NCBI RefSeq assembly: GCF_009914755.1 | Contig: NC_060945.1 | Source of the DNA: the human T2T-CHM13v2.0 reference genome, Homo sapiens | Reading direction: 5' to 3' (one strand) | Length of the DNA: 64,000 nt | Shown: positions 35,888 to 47,963 of the stretch, one piece after another | Layout of the letters: each line of letters starts with the position of its first letter | How positions within the stretch are numbered: position 1 is the stretch's first letter | The notes under the pieces: model-generated | What the model was told of the DNA's origin: nothing | Seen by the model: the letters and a program-made list of their open reading frames with translations, nothing else | Databases searched by the model: none | Position numbers and translations under genes: made by a program

Positions 35888-36743
35888 TATAGCAGCATGA
35901 TTTATAGTCCTTTGGGTATATACCCAGTAATGGGATGGCTGGGTCAAATGGTATTTCTAGTTCTAGATCCCTGAGGAATCGCCACACTGACTTCCACAAT
36001 GGTTGAACTAGTTTACAGTCCCACCAACAGTGTAAAAGTGTTACTATTTCTCCACATCCTCTCCAGCACCTGTTGTTTCCTGACTTTTTAATGATTGCCA
36101 TTCTAACTGGTGTGAGATGATATCTCATAGTGGTTTTGATTTGCATTTCTCTGATGGCCAGTGATGATGAGCATTTTTTCATGTATTTTTTGGCTGCATA
36201 TACCCAAAGGATTATAAATCATGCTGCTATAAAGACACATGCACACGTATGTTTATTGCGGCATTATTCACAATAGCAAAGACTTGGAACCAACCCAAGT
36301 GTCCAACAATGATAGACTGGATTAAGAAAATGTGGCACATATACACCATGGAATACTATGCAGCCATAAAAAATGATGAGTTCATGTCCTTTGTAGGGAC
36401 ATGGATGAAATTGGAAACCATCATTCTCAGTAACCTATCGCAAGAACAAAAAACCAAACACCGCATATTCTCACTCATAGGTGGGAATTGAACAATGAGA
36501 TCACATGGACACAGGAAGGGGAATATCACACTCTGGGAACTGTGGTGGGGTGGGGGGAGGGGGGAGGGATAGCATTGGGAGATATACCTAATGCTAGATG
36601 ACGAGTTAGTGGGTGCAGCGCACCAGCATGGCACATGTATACATATGTAACTAACCTGCACAATGTGCACATGTACCCTAAAACTTAAAGTATAATTAAA
36701 AAAAAAATAAAAATAAAAGAAAAATAAACAAGAAAAAAAAAAA
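35888..36743 (+). mobile_element. Young L1 (L1PA2-like) 3' fragment with 5' inversion
   Basis: Antisense L1 at 35888-36200, sense L1 from 36198 to the polyA; 3'UTR gctagatgacgagttagtggg has GAG, not the ACA/ACG of L1HS. Confidence 0.95.
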
Positions 36744-37779
36744 GCATCAGAAATAAAACTTGCCTGCTTTTCCAATCAGAGGCAACTCAACTGTGTAGTC
36801 ATCTAGGAAACCACCAGGGACTTCACAGATGAAGTTTCAGATGATACAGCCAATTTCAGTTTCACCTAACAGAAGCAAGAATAAAATTTAACTTTCCCAG
36901 CGTTTGATTAAATGAGTATTTTGATTCATTCTATTAGAATTCTACATAACTGGTAATATAAGTGTGCCACCCAAGCAATAGCGTTATGAAATCAAGAAAT
37001 GACTTTTGCTGGGAGCTTAACTCTAGAACCATCTTTGTTTCAAATGTATGACATTAGAGAAAAATGATTAGCCTCAGACCAAATAAATTGTATATTTAGT
37101 CATATTCACCACGGCTATGAATTTCAGTTCAGAATTCTGTCATTTTATTTCACTCACCAAATTCCTTAAGACTGAATATATGCCATAGTATCATATGCAT
37201 AAATGATGGTAAATGGCTTAGAAAAAAACAGAAAGTGGAAACACTCATATTCTTTCACCCAATGATGTACAGTTCCTGAGAAAATGTCTGAAGAAACTAA
37301 TAAACAACAGCATCAAAATAAACATATGTATAAACATGCTCCATACATTACTAATAATTTTAAGAGAAAAATAATTCTACATGTTTGCTAAATTATGTTA
37401 TATTCATTATGTGCCATATTACATAACTGTTAAAACTATGGAAAGGTGTATATTGTTATATGAAATAAGGAAAAGACAATATTTGAAGTTGCTGTTTTAG
37501 TTTGCTCACTTCTCAGTGCTATCTGTTCTCTCTCATTCCTCTTGTGAATTGCTAATACTCTGATCACCAATAATCTCTTAATTGTTCAATTCTGTGCCAC
37601 TGTCAAGTTGTTATTTTGGGTGACTTCAACAAAAGACAAAATAAACTCCACCATTTCTGCCACCACCCTCCCTTCCCTCATTTCCTACCACTCCTCTCCC
37701 TCTCCCCCACCCACCCCAAAATCACATATACTTTGCTCCTTTATTTGTGTTCTTGAGTCAGAAATTTGGAGATGTTCTC

Positions 37780-38410
37780 CTACCCTCTAAAATTATCTCC
37801 TAAATATCTGTTTAAATCCTGAGTTCGTCTCTATCTCCTGCACCAGGTTGTCTTAGTTCAGGCCCTCATAATCTCTTCCTTAAACTACTGCAACTGCCAC
37901 CCTCCTCATCTGCTTCCAGTTCCTCCCCAGCCTAATTCATCCTCCACCTTCCTACCATGTGCTTTTCAAAAATCTATTTCTGATCATGTCACTTTCTCTT
38001 TAAAATCATTGACTCCTTCAAAGTAAGAGATGCTCAAATAGTTTGTATAGCACGCGAGAACTTTCTCGCACCCCTCCTTTTCTCAATCGCCTCATTTCTC
38101 ATTGTTATGTACCATACCCCGTACTCTTTCTCACATGGAACTACTCGCATCTTCCCTAGATTCCACGACCTATCAGAAGCCCTGTCTGGTCTGTTTTTCA
38201 CCTCATTTGCCCCATGGACTCTCCTGTGTTCCCCTTTATAAATTTGAAAGCACTCTTTACATTATTCTAAGTTAATGGTTTATGTATGGATCTTTTTCAC
38301 TGCCTATAACCTGTGGTCAGGCATATTTATTTTGTAATACCAACTATATTATAGCACCTGGTACTGAGTAGAAACTTAATATTTCTTGAATGAATGAACA
38401 AGCAAATAAA
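37780..38410 (+). mobile_element. L2 remnant
   Basis: Degraded L2-like sequence ending ttgaatgaatgaa. Confidence 0.55.
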
Positions 38411-39123
38411 TAAAGGACCTGCAACTATGCAAAATATGCATAGATTAAAAGTAAATGTGGGAAAGTAAAAACAGCTAAGTTCTAATAAGTAAATAAAAAC
38501 TTTTTTCTGTTTTTAGTTAATTTTTGAGCAAACTACTATTCAAAATAAAATATCTTAAAAATCTATAGTAAATGCCTACTTTACTTTCATTGATCAGTAA
38601 ATGCTGATTAGCAATACTCTCACTGCTTATATCACCAGTAACTTTTGTATAGACTAGAGCAAAATTAGATTTTTTAAAACAATTTTTAGGCCAAGTAGAT
38701 TTCCTGTGTAAAGAATGATTGGCCCAAAGTCACGATATATTCAAATCATTTAAGATATTATAATTTGGTCGTTTTCTTCTTATTTAAAATGAACAGGCAA
38801 TTTCCAAAAGGTTAGTTTAAGGTTTCTATCCTAAGTAGCAACCTTTGCAAGCTCATATATGCAGTTCTGTCTGTATGCAGAATGTGAAATTGCAAATGGG
38901 AATGAAATGCTCATCAATCAAACATCAAATACCAACAGAATCCAGGAAACACTTTGCATTTCCAATTATTCTATATCACTTTACATATCCCAAGATCACT
39001 GGCACATAAAACACCCTGTGAGAGAGAATAAAATATTGCGCTTTCTTAGATTTTATATATATTTTATATATATCTGTATATATATCTCTATATATAGTTA
39101 AAGATATATAAAGAGAAGAATAG

Positions 39124-39437
<314 letters not shown>

Positions 39438-39857
39438 AGAGATATTATCTCTTTAATCTGCCATGATTTGTCATGTATCTCAACTGATACTACTTTCCAC
39501 AGAAATATACTTTGCCTTTGATTTTATCATTAGCTAAAGTTACAGTGGAAAAAGCAAAAACAATAAATCTTGTATTATTATCGATCTATAAAATAATACA
39601 AGAGCAGGAGCCTAAATATTTTTTAGTCCTTACTTAAATCATATGATAGCAGTATTTTCCCACTATGCTGGCTGACATCCTCCCCTCATGGCCTAAGAAG
39701 CTTAGAACTAAATTAAAAACTGTAGAGATTATCTAGTCCAGTACTTCCCACCTTTTGCATGCCCTGTTACATTGAAAATAGTAATATTTAAGCAGAATAC
39801 TATGGGAGAGGAGTGATTACATGTGAACTACTATAGGTCACTGCTCTTAAAATCTTA

Positions 39858-40092
39858 GGCCAGGCACGATGACTCAGACCTGTAATCCCAGCACTTTGGG
39901 AGGCCAAGGCAGATGGGTCATCTGAGGCCAGGAGTTCGAGCCCAGCCTGGCCAACATGGTGGAACCCCATCTCTACTAAAAATACAAAAATTAGCTGGGC
40001 GTGATGGCAGATGCCTGTAATCCCAGCCACTGAGGAAGGCTGAGGCACGAGAATCGCTTGAACCCAGGAGGCGGAGGTTGTAGTGAGCCAAG
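39858..40092 (+). mobile_element. AluS lacking its 3' end and polyA
   Basis: Ends at gtagtgagccaag; flanked by direct repeat aaaatcttaggc. Confidence 0.93.
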
Positions 40093-40329
40093 AAAATCTT
40101 AGGCATCAGAATTTCAGAGAGTTTATAAAAGATGCCATATAAACTCTTTAATGGAATTTCAACTATTGTAAATTCTTAAGTAGTCGTAAAAAAAAACAGA
40201 TTTCAATTTAAGGAAATTCTGCCCCAGATATTTTATTTACAGAAATTACAAAATCACAAGTTCCATCCCATTGCATTTTAAATACCACACTTTGTTTTAA
40301 AATCTGAGGATCTGAGCAGGCTGAAGCCT

Positions 40330-41230
40330 GGTCTGGCCTATGGTCCCTGGGGTTGGAGAATTTGTGTGGCTATGCTTTCAAATCAACTGAAATGTGTCCC
40401 TATCCTTGCTCTTCTCCTCTTACCCTGCCACTGCCAAAGTACTGGGCTCAGAATCCTGACTCTCCTTCCTTTCACTCCCTTCTCTAGGTCCTGCTGTGTT
40501 CGCAGGAAGCTGTGGTCTGCAGCTGCTGTCCTGGACACAGGACAACTTGGTTAGGGCTTCAGCCCCTATCTGGACTCTAATTCCACCTTGGTGTGTTTAT
40601 TGCAGCTTCGTGCATCCTTATCATTTTTCATCTGGTCTCTGGCAGGCAGAGTGTATGATGACTTCTCTGTCCCTCCTTGTCTTTAACTCAAATGATGATC
40701 TTCTCTTTGGTGTTTTTTTTTTCCCCCGTTTTTCTCAGCTGTGCTGTTGTGAGAGTGCTTCATCACTGGAGCCTTCAGATGAACTAGGTGAGGGACTCTG
40801 GGCCCCACAACCCTTCTCCCAGAGCTGTCTTGTGGCATCATTCAAGTCCTCTGGGTCAGGCAAGGGAGAGAGGCAGGAAGTTGGTAATTTCATTATTGAT
40901 CAACTCGAATAGTTCTTCCCTTGATCTTGATTCCATTAAAATTGTCAATGGCCAAAATGGTACTCCTCTGGCCCTCATAGCAGGTAAAACAGAATCCTTT
41001 GGACGCATTCCTGACTTCCTGTCCTGTACAAGATTAATGTTAATATATCTCCCCTTATTGAGAGGCTACACAGATGACATCACCTTCAGTCAGTTCATAA
41101 CAAAGCCCTCCCGGGAACATCCAGGAGCTGTCCTTGTACACAGAGGACGGGATGCTTTAGGAGCCACTGCAATATCAGCCTGCCTTTTATTCAGCTTCAG
41201 GGCTAGCTTCACATTGATTAATGAGTTCAT
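40330..41230 (-). pseudogene. RBMX2P: Processed pseudogene of RBMX2 (RRM protein, RES complex Snu17 homologue)
   Basis: Manual minus-strand translation gives MNSLINVKLALKLNKR...[79 protein letters not shown]...RQLWEKGCGA, colinear with RBMX2. It is intronless, with stops and frameshifts. The specific pseudogene number cannot be assigned from sequence alone. Confidence 0.92.
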
Positions 41231-41688
41231 CTTTGTGGGGTGGAGTGCCACACAATGGTGCCTGGGTGGCTGAACCATGCCCACTTCTAGAGAACAGACA
41301 AGGGAGGATACCACTTCTGGTGGAGGCCCTCAGGGCACCTCCACAGTCTCTTCTCCACCCTCCCCACATGCCTTCCTCTGCCATTTAATGTTCAACTTTT
41401 CATGGTAGTCCAGTCACCACACAGAAGTATGCTACTGCTCACTAGTTGGAAAGATCTAAACTAGTCGAGTTTCAAAATAGGATGGCCAAGCTGCAACAAA
41501 GACTTCTGTTCTGAAATGGTTCCTGATCATGGAAGTTTTAACTCTACTATTTCACCTTTTGTCCAGGTAATAAATCCTTTCGAGAGCCTATAACATGTTA
41601 TGTTCACTTGGGCCAAATTATGAAAGGTAAATATTTGATGTGTTACAAAGAAAAAACTTAGACTAAGCTTTGCTTTGAGTGTACCTAT

Positions 41689-42213
41689 TATATTAGTCAG
41701 GGATCTACAGAAAAACAGAACCAACAAGATGTTTGTATAGATAGGTACATTCATTATAAGGAATTGGCCCAGGGATTATGGAAGCTAGTGAGTCCCAAGA
41801 TCTGCAGTCGGATAAGTAAACACCCAGGAGATCCAAGGTTAAGTTCCAGTCTGAGTCCAAAGGCCTGAGAACCGGGAAAGCCAATATTATATGCTACAGG
41901 TTCTAAACCCAAGAAGAGCCAATGTTACAATTCAAGTCTGAAGAATGGAAAGAGCAATATCCCAGATCAAAACAGTCAGACATAAGGAGTTCCCTCTTGC
42001 TCCTGGGAAGGTCAGGCCTTGTTCTATGTATGCCTTCAATTGATTGGGGTGGGACCACCAACATTGTGGAAAACAATCTGCTTTACTCAGTCCACCAATT
42101 CAAATGTCAGTCTCATCCAAAAACACCCTCACAGACACACCCAAAATAATGTCTGACCTAAAATCTACACACTCTGTGGCCTAGTCAAGTTGACACATAA
42201 AATGAATCATCAT
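41689..42213 (-). mobile_element. MLT2 (ERVL) solo LTR
   Basis: tattagtcaggg...acagaacc...aaggaattgg...tagtcaagttgacacataaaat. Confidence 0.85.
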
Positions 42214-43364
42214 AGCTACCATGTTTCCAGATTGAATGAGCCCTAAGCAGTAATAATTCTGCTCCATATTATACCTATTTGAGTGATATAGAAGGTGATT
42301 CTTTGCTCTTAAAAATGGCAGTTCTCAGGGTGAATATAGTACACATTTGTGTGCACAGCTTCAAATGGCACTAAGAAACCAGTAGCCACTATCAGTGGCA
42401 AAGGCTCCAGTGTGTAGCTGCAGTGGCATTTTGGAGAGCCTTATTTTGATTTGATATCTCAAAATAAGCCAACCAATTTCTTATAAAACTATTGCTACTT
42501 CTGTAACCCACAACTCTGTAAAAACTGTGATTGTTCCCCCAAAGATGTGCTTCACTTGGTATTTCAAGTCATATGATGGCAATCCCATTGAAAGTTCCAT
42601 AAAACAGTCACTTAGGTGTATTGCTCATACTCAGTCTACTCACTAGTCCAACCTATTCGACTTGAAACTCAGTAAATAATTGCAGACTTGTCATCCTGCC
42701 TTTATTTCCTTTATATCATTATTGTTAGCACAGATAAAAGGACTCAAAAATGGCACATAATAGGGAAGCTGAATATGTCTTAGAAGTCCCTTACACATCC
42801 GTAGGACAGAAAATAAACCTTACCATTGTTCAATTTGACCCACAATTAAATATCATCTTAAAAGCAAGATATATGTATTTCCCAGTGAAGACAGCAGGCT
42901 TCTTGATTTATTTTACTTATGAAAATAGACTAATGTAACATATGCTTCGGTGACAATTTATCATGGATATAGGTGGTAAAATATAACACTGAGTATTGGA
43001 GAAAGATTTGAAAAAATACTCCAGTATAGTAAAAATACTTAGTCCAGGAGCTTAAATAGGTTACCCCAGGCCTTTTCCCTAGTAAATATTTAAGGAATTC
43101 TATACCCTTGACACCGTATGGTAATCAGGAAGTGGAAGTCAACAACTTTAACTTATAAATATGAAAGGCATTGAGATGGAGGAACAGAAAAGGAAAAAAT
43201 CCTCTCTGGCATTGGTATTACTTGTATCATCATCAACAAGACAAGTTACAAACGTTTCATAGAAAGACAGCGGGAGGAAAAGGCTTTACAAAAGTATAAG
43301 TAAATAGGAACACACCGCTATCCATATAAATCCCCTCTTTCTTTAAAAAGTCCACTTCACCAAA

Positions 43365-43616
43365 AAAGCCACATTAGGCACCGATGGCCCAGTGCCTAGG
43401 GCCCACAATACTTAAGATGCTCATGAAAATGTCTTAATTTCTTTTACATAAAAAAAACTTTCATGTTAAAGAAAATATTTTACTATATAGTAACCTATTG
43501 TTATATTAACGTAATGATAAAACATAATTTTTAGGTTCCTTTTGTGTGTGGGTATGAGGTTAGGACCTATGAAGACAAAAGTGCCTGGGGCCCATAAAAG
43601 TCATAATATGGTCCTG
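43365..43616. mobile_element. hAT-Tip100-type MITE (ORSL-like)
   Basis: Paired gtgcctagggccca / gtgcctggggccca subterminal motifs; end tcataatatggtcctg. Confidence 0.5.
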
Positions 43617-43824
43617 TTCCTAGATTCATGTTTGTCTTATATGGCCCTATTTCTCTGGCCATAGCTGGCTAGAATAGGGATAGACCTTGACCTAAGTCAA
43701 GCCTATCAAATTCTGCCTCCTATGAGTTTAGAATTGAGATTTAAACTTGCTTGGTAGTGCTAGATAGTGTGTGAGGACCTATATCCTTTGAAGTAGTCAT
43801 GAGTAAAAAAGTGACAAAAGATCG

Positions 43825-44202
43825 TGTATTAGTCCATTCTTACATTGCTATAAAGAACTACCTGAGACTGGATAGTTTCTAAAGAAAAGAGGTTTAATTG
43901 ACTTACAGTTCCACATGCTGTATAGGAAGCATGGATGGGGAGGCCTCAGGAAATTTGCAATCATGGCAGAAGGTGAAGGGGAAGCAAACACATCTTCACA
44001 TGGCAACGAGACAGAGAGAGCTAAGGCAGAAGTGCTGCACACCATTAAACAACAAGATCTCATGAGCACTCACTATCACAAGAAAAGAAAGGGGAAAATC
44101 TGCCCCTATGCTCCAATCACCTCTCACCAGGTCCCTCCCCCACCACTGGGGATTACAATTCAACATGAGGTTTGGGTGGGGGCAGACAGCCAAACCATAT
44201 CA
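43825..44202 (-). mobile_element. MST-type MaLR solo LTR inside an older MLT1-like LTR (~43640-44430)
   Basis: tgtattagtcc...caaaccatatca; degenerate TSD gatcg / gacca. Confidence 0.88.
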
Positions 44203-44431
44203 GACCATCTGCAAGAGAAAGAGAAGAATGAGAGAACCTGTGAGACAGAGAGAGAATGAGAGAGACTTGAGGCTGTGGCCTGAGATCCTGATGTTCTCCA
44301 GTCTCTGTATACTAAAGGTTGGTTATTCAAACTTTTAAAAATCTATGAGGTGTCCCAGTATCCTTCCATTCAATCAGAATTTTTGGCTAAGCTGTTTGAA
44401 ATTATTTTCTGCTAATTTTCATCCAAGAATA

Positions 44432-44850
44432 CTGTATTCGTTTGCTAGAGTTGCCACAATAAAGTATCATAAACATGGTGGCTTAAAGAACAGAAATGTG
44501 TTGTCTTCCAGTTCTGGAGGCTGGAAGTCTGAAATAACATCAGTAAGGTTGATTCCTTCTGAGGGCTGTGAGGGAAAGATCTGCTCCAGGCCACTGTCTT
44601 TGGCTTATAGACGGCCTTCCTCTACCTATGTCTCTTCACGTTGCCTTCCTTCTATACTTGCCCGTGACCAAATTTCCTGGTTTTGTAAGCACACCAGTCA
44701 GTGGATTAGGGCCCACCCACATGACCTCACTTTAGCATAATTACCTCTGTAAAGCCCTTTTCTCCAAATGAGGTCATAATCTAAAGCAACAGAGGACAGG
44801 ACTTCAAATATAAATTAGTGCAGAAGTGTGGAGACGATCTAACCCAAAAA
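44432..44850 (-). mobile_element. MLT1B/C-like LTR
   Basis: ggtggcttaaa...cagttctggaggctggaagtc...ggattagggcccacc. Confidence 0.82.
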
Positions 44851-45039
44851 AAGTACTAACTAAAACAGGAGCACAAACATAGACTCAATTATAGCATGTT
44901 CATTTATTACTGTCATTAATACTTTTTTGATATATTTTTCTCATTTTTTGAATTTTAATTTTAAAAGGCATTTTCTATATTTCCTCTTCTTTCTCCTAAA
45001 CCTTAATAAATTACTTAAGATCTTAAGTTCCCCAAATAT

Positions 45040-45290
45040 GACACAATATCCCATAATGGCAAAGAATATGGACTCTAGCATGAGACTGCCTGAGTTCAAA
45101 GCCTGCCTTTGTCATTACAGCATTCATAGGCAAGTTACTCAATCTCTTTATGTGTCAATTTCCATAACAGTAAAATGAAATAGAAAGAATATTTATCTCT
45201 TAGGGGTGTTATGAAGATTAAATAAATTGCTATATGTAAAGTGCCTGACAGACAGCAAGTTCCATCTGAGGGCTTGCTATTATTATTATA
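45040..45290 (+). mobile_element. MIR
   Basis: ctgcctgagttcaaa...ggcaagttact...gtaaaatg...tgtaaagtgc. Confidence 0.75.
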
Positions 45291-47627
45291 GAGCTCAAGC
45301 CTTTACTTGTGCATTGGTCTTTCTTTATGAAGTTTGCCCTTTAAGACAATCACAAGGCAAATCTCAACTGCTGACTGCCTTTTCTGGGTAGGGCCTAGTA
45401 GCACAGACTCATCTTAAGGCCTTATCTTGCCTGCATTTGCATATGCCACTGAGTTCCTCAGGACCACTGAGTATCTTTCTTCAATTTCCTCACCTGTGAA
45501 ATGGAGACAATAATGGTAACTACCATAAGGAGTTTGTTGTCGTAATTAAATGAGTTAATTTATGTAAAGTACTCAGTACATACTGTGTATACCCTTAATG
45601 TTTTGACCAGGTGGCAATCTCTGACACTGACCAGAGAGCCCAATGACATAGCACTGACTCTGATGAAGTTCATGGCCAGATCACTGCTCTACCCTACAGA
45701 GTCTTGTGAATTTGCAAATACTCTCTACTTTATTGGAGTTCATAGTCAGGATAAAAGCCCTAATTTTGACTTGCTTTGGTCTAATATAAACACCATTTAG
45801 TTTCTTTTTTTACTATTTCAAGTGTAATGTTTTTAATATTATAAGAACAATACTTGAGACATATGAATCTTAAATTTGTCATTTTAATTGTAAGTTAAGA
45901 GACAGAGATAGCCTGTATATAAAATATCCATAACCACATGCCATGCAATTAAATATTTCTGCACAACTGTTCCAAAAGAGTATTTTAGCCTTGCTCTACA
46001 GGGAGGGAAATGATGTACAAAGATTCATTTATATTTATACAGTATATAAAAATACTTGAAATTTGTTGGCCTCTCTTTGAGGAAGGGAATCTAATTCTCT
46101 TATAATTAAAAAGAAAACATTTCTCTCAGCTAGAGAAATTAATAGAATTTATAGATATTTAATAATTTGATAACCACTTTCTTCAAAGTCTCTATATATG
46201 TGGTATATAGAAAACAACAATTATCTAGAAAATATACAAAACAAGCTTCTATTTTATTTGCATTCCAGAACAAGCAAATTGATACCACAATATGTGTTGC
46301 CTATATTTTAGAACAAGAAAGAAATTTAGTTACACCTCTGATGAAGGAACAATTTGGAATTATATCATTGTAAAACTGGGGAAATCCAATACATAGAAGT
46401 AAGAACATTCCCCATAATGGTACTAATTACTGCACAGTATCCATAACCTTTAGAGCACTGAGCTTAACTCAAACAAAATAACAGATGGTGTTTCAGGGAA
46501 ACAAGCATTATATTGCCTTGGTTTTTCTTTTCATGTGCGACTGTTAGAGAAAATTATGTTGGGAGTTCACTGGGACCTAATTATATTTGGTCTTCTATTC
46601 TGAATTCTGAATTCCGTCTATCTCATTCCAAATAAATAGTATAATTATATTAATTTAACCCAAAATAAGATAGTACACTGATTAAATATCATATTAGAAA
46701 ACTTATTCTACATATCTGGCCAAACATTTTACCATCTGATAGGGTAAAAGAATAAGCTCTTCAAATGTGTATTTTATTTCAGATTACTGTTTATTTTTTT
46801 CATGCTTTAAGTTTGCATTTTGAAGTTAACCACTATGGGGGAATTCAGACAACAGCAGATGAAAATACTAGCTAGAATATTATACAAGTGGCATTTTCCT
46901 GTGTCAATTTGTATATGTATCACTTCCTGTAAATAAACAAACAAACAAAGCCTGGTTAAATCTAAAACAATAATTGAGACACTTGTAGGCAGACACACAT
47001 GTAGATGATCTCTCAAGAGAGTGATAGTATGATTTATATCCATCTTGTTAAACTTAAAAAATACATTCCTCTTGAGTATGACAACTTCACCTGCTGAGTT
47101 TTGAAAGGCGTGCTGACTCAACTTCACAGCTTTTAGTCTCTTCCTCCAGATGATCAATTAGATAGTTTTTCAACAGAAGACCAGCTAAAGGGCTGTTGTC
47201 TTCTGGAATGGTACCAAGCAGTCTCACTGCTGATCTAAATATCAGCTCAACGAGAACCGCCACAATGCAGATCTGTGTATCTACTTTACACCTATTCCGT
47301 GGCCTCCATTTTTTCACCTCTACTTCTATGAATATTCACTTACCCAGAAGAATTGGACATCAACTCATTAGTTACTGAATTAAACAGACCAATCCCTGAA
47401 TTTTGGAAAAAGACTGAAGTAAAATTTTACTGTATAATACATAGAACCCAACATATGGCAGACAACAAATGTAGAATGACCTACACTGCGTATTTGTTGC
47501 ATTAGCTACTACTGCTTAACTTACTATCTAGATTCCCCATCCTCCAATAAAATAGCTGGACTCATTTTAATCATCAATACCCTTGAGTAGAAACTGTAAA
47601 CTACTTGCTCTGATTGTTACTATATAG

Positions 47628-47963
<336 letters not shown>

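Noticed and set aside
40496-41273. Plus-strand ORFs of 138 and 161 aa
   Set aside because: They are antisense shadows of the RBMX2 pseudogene.
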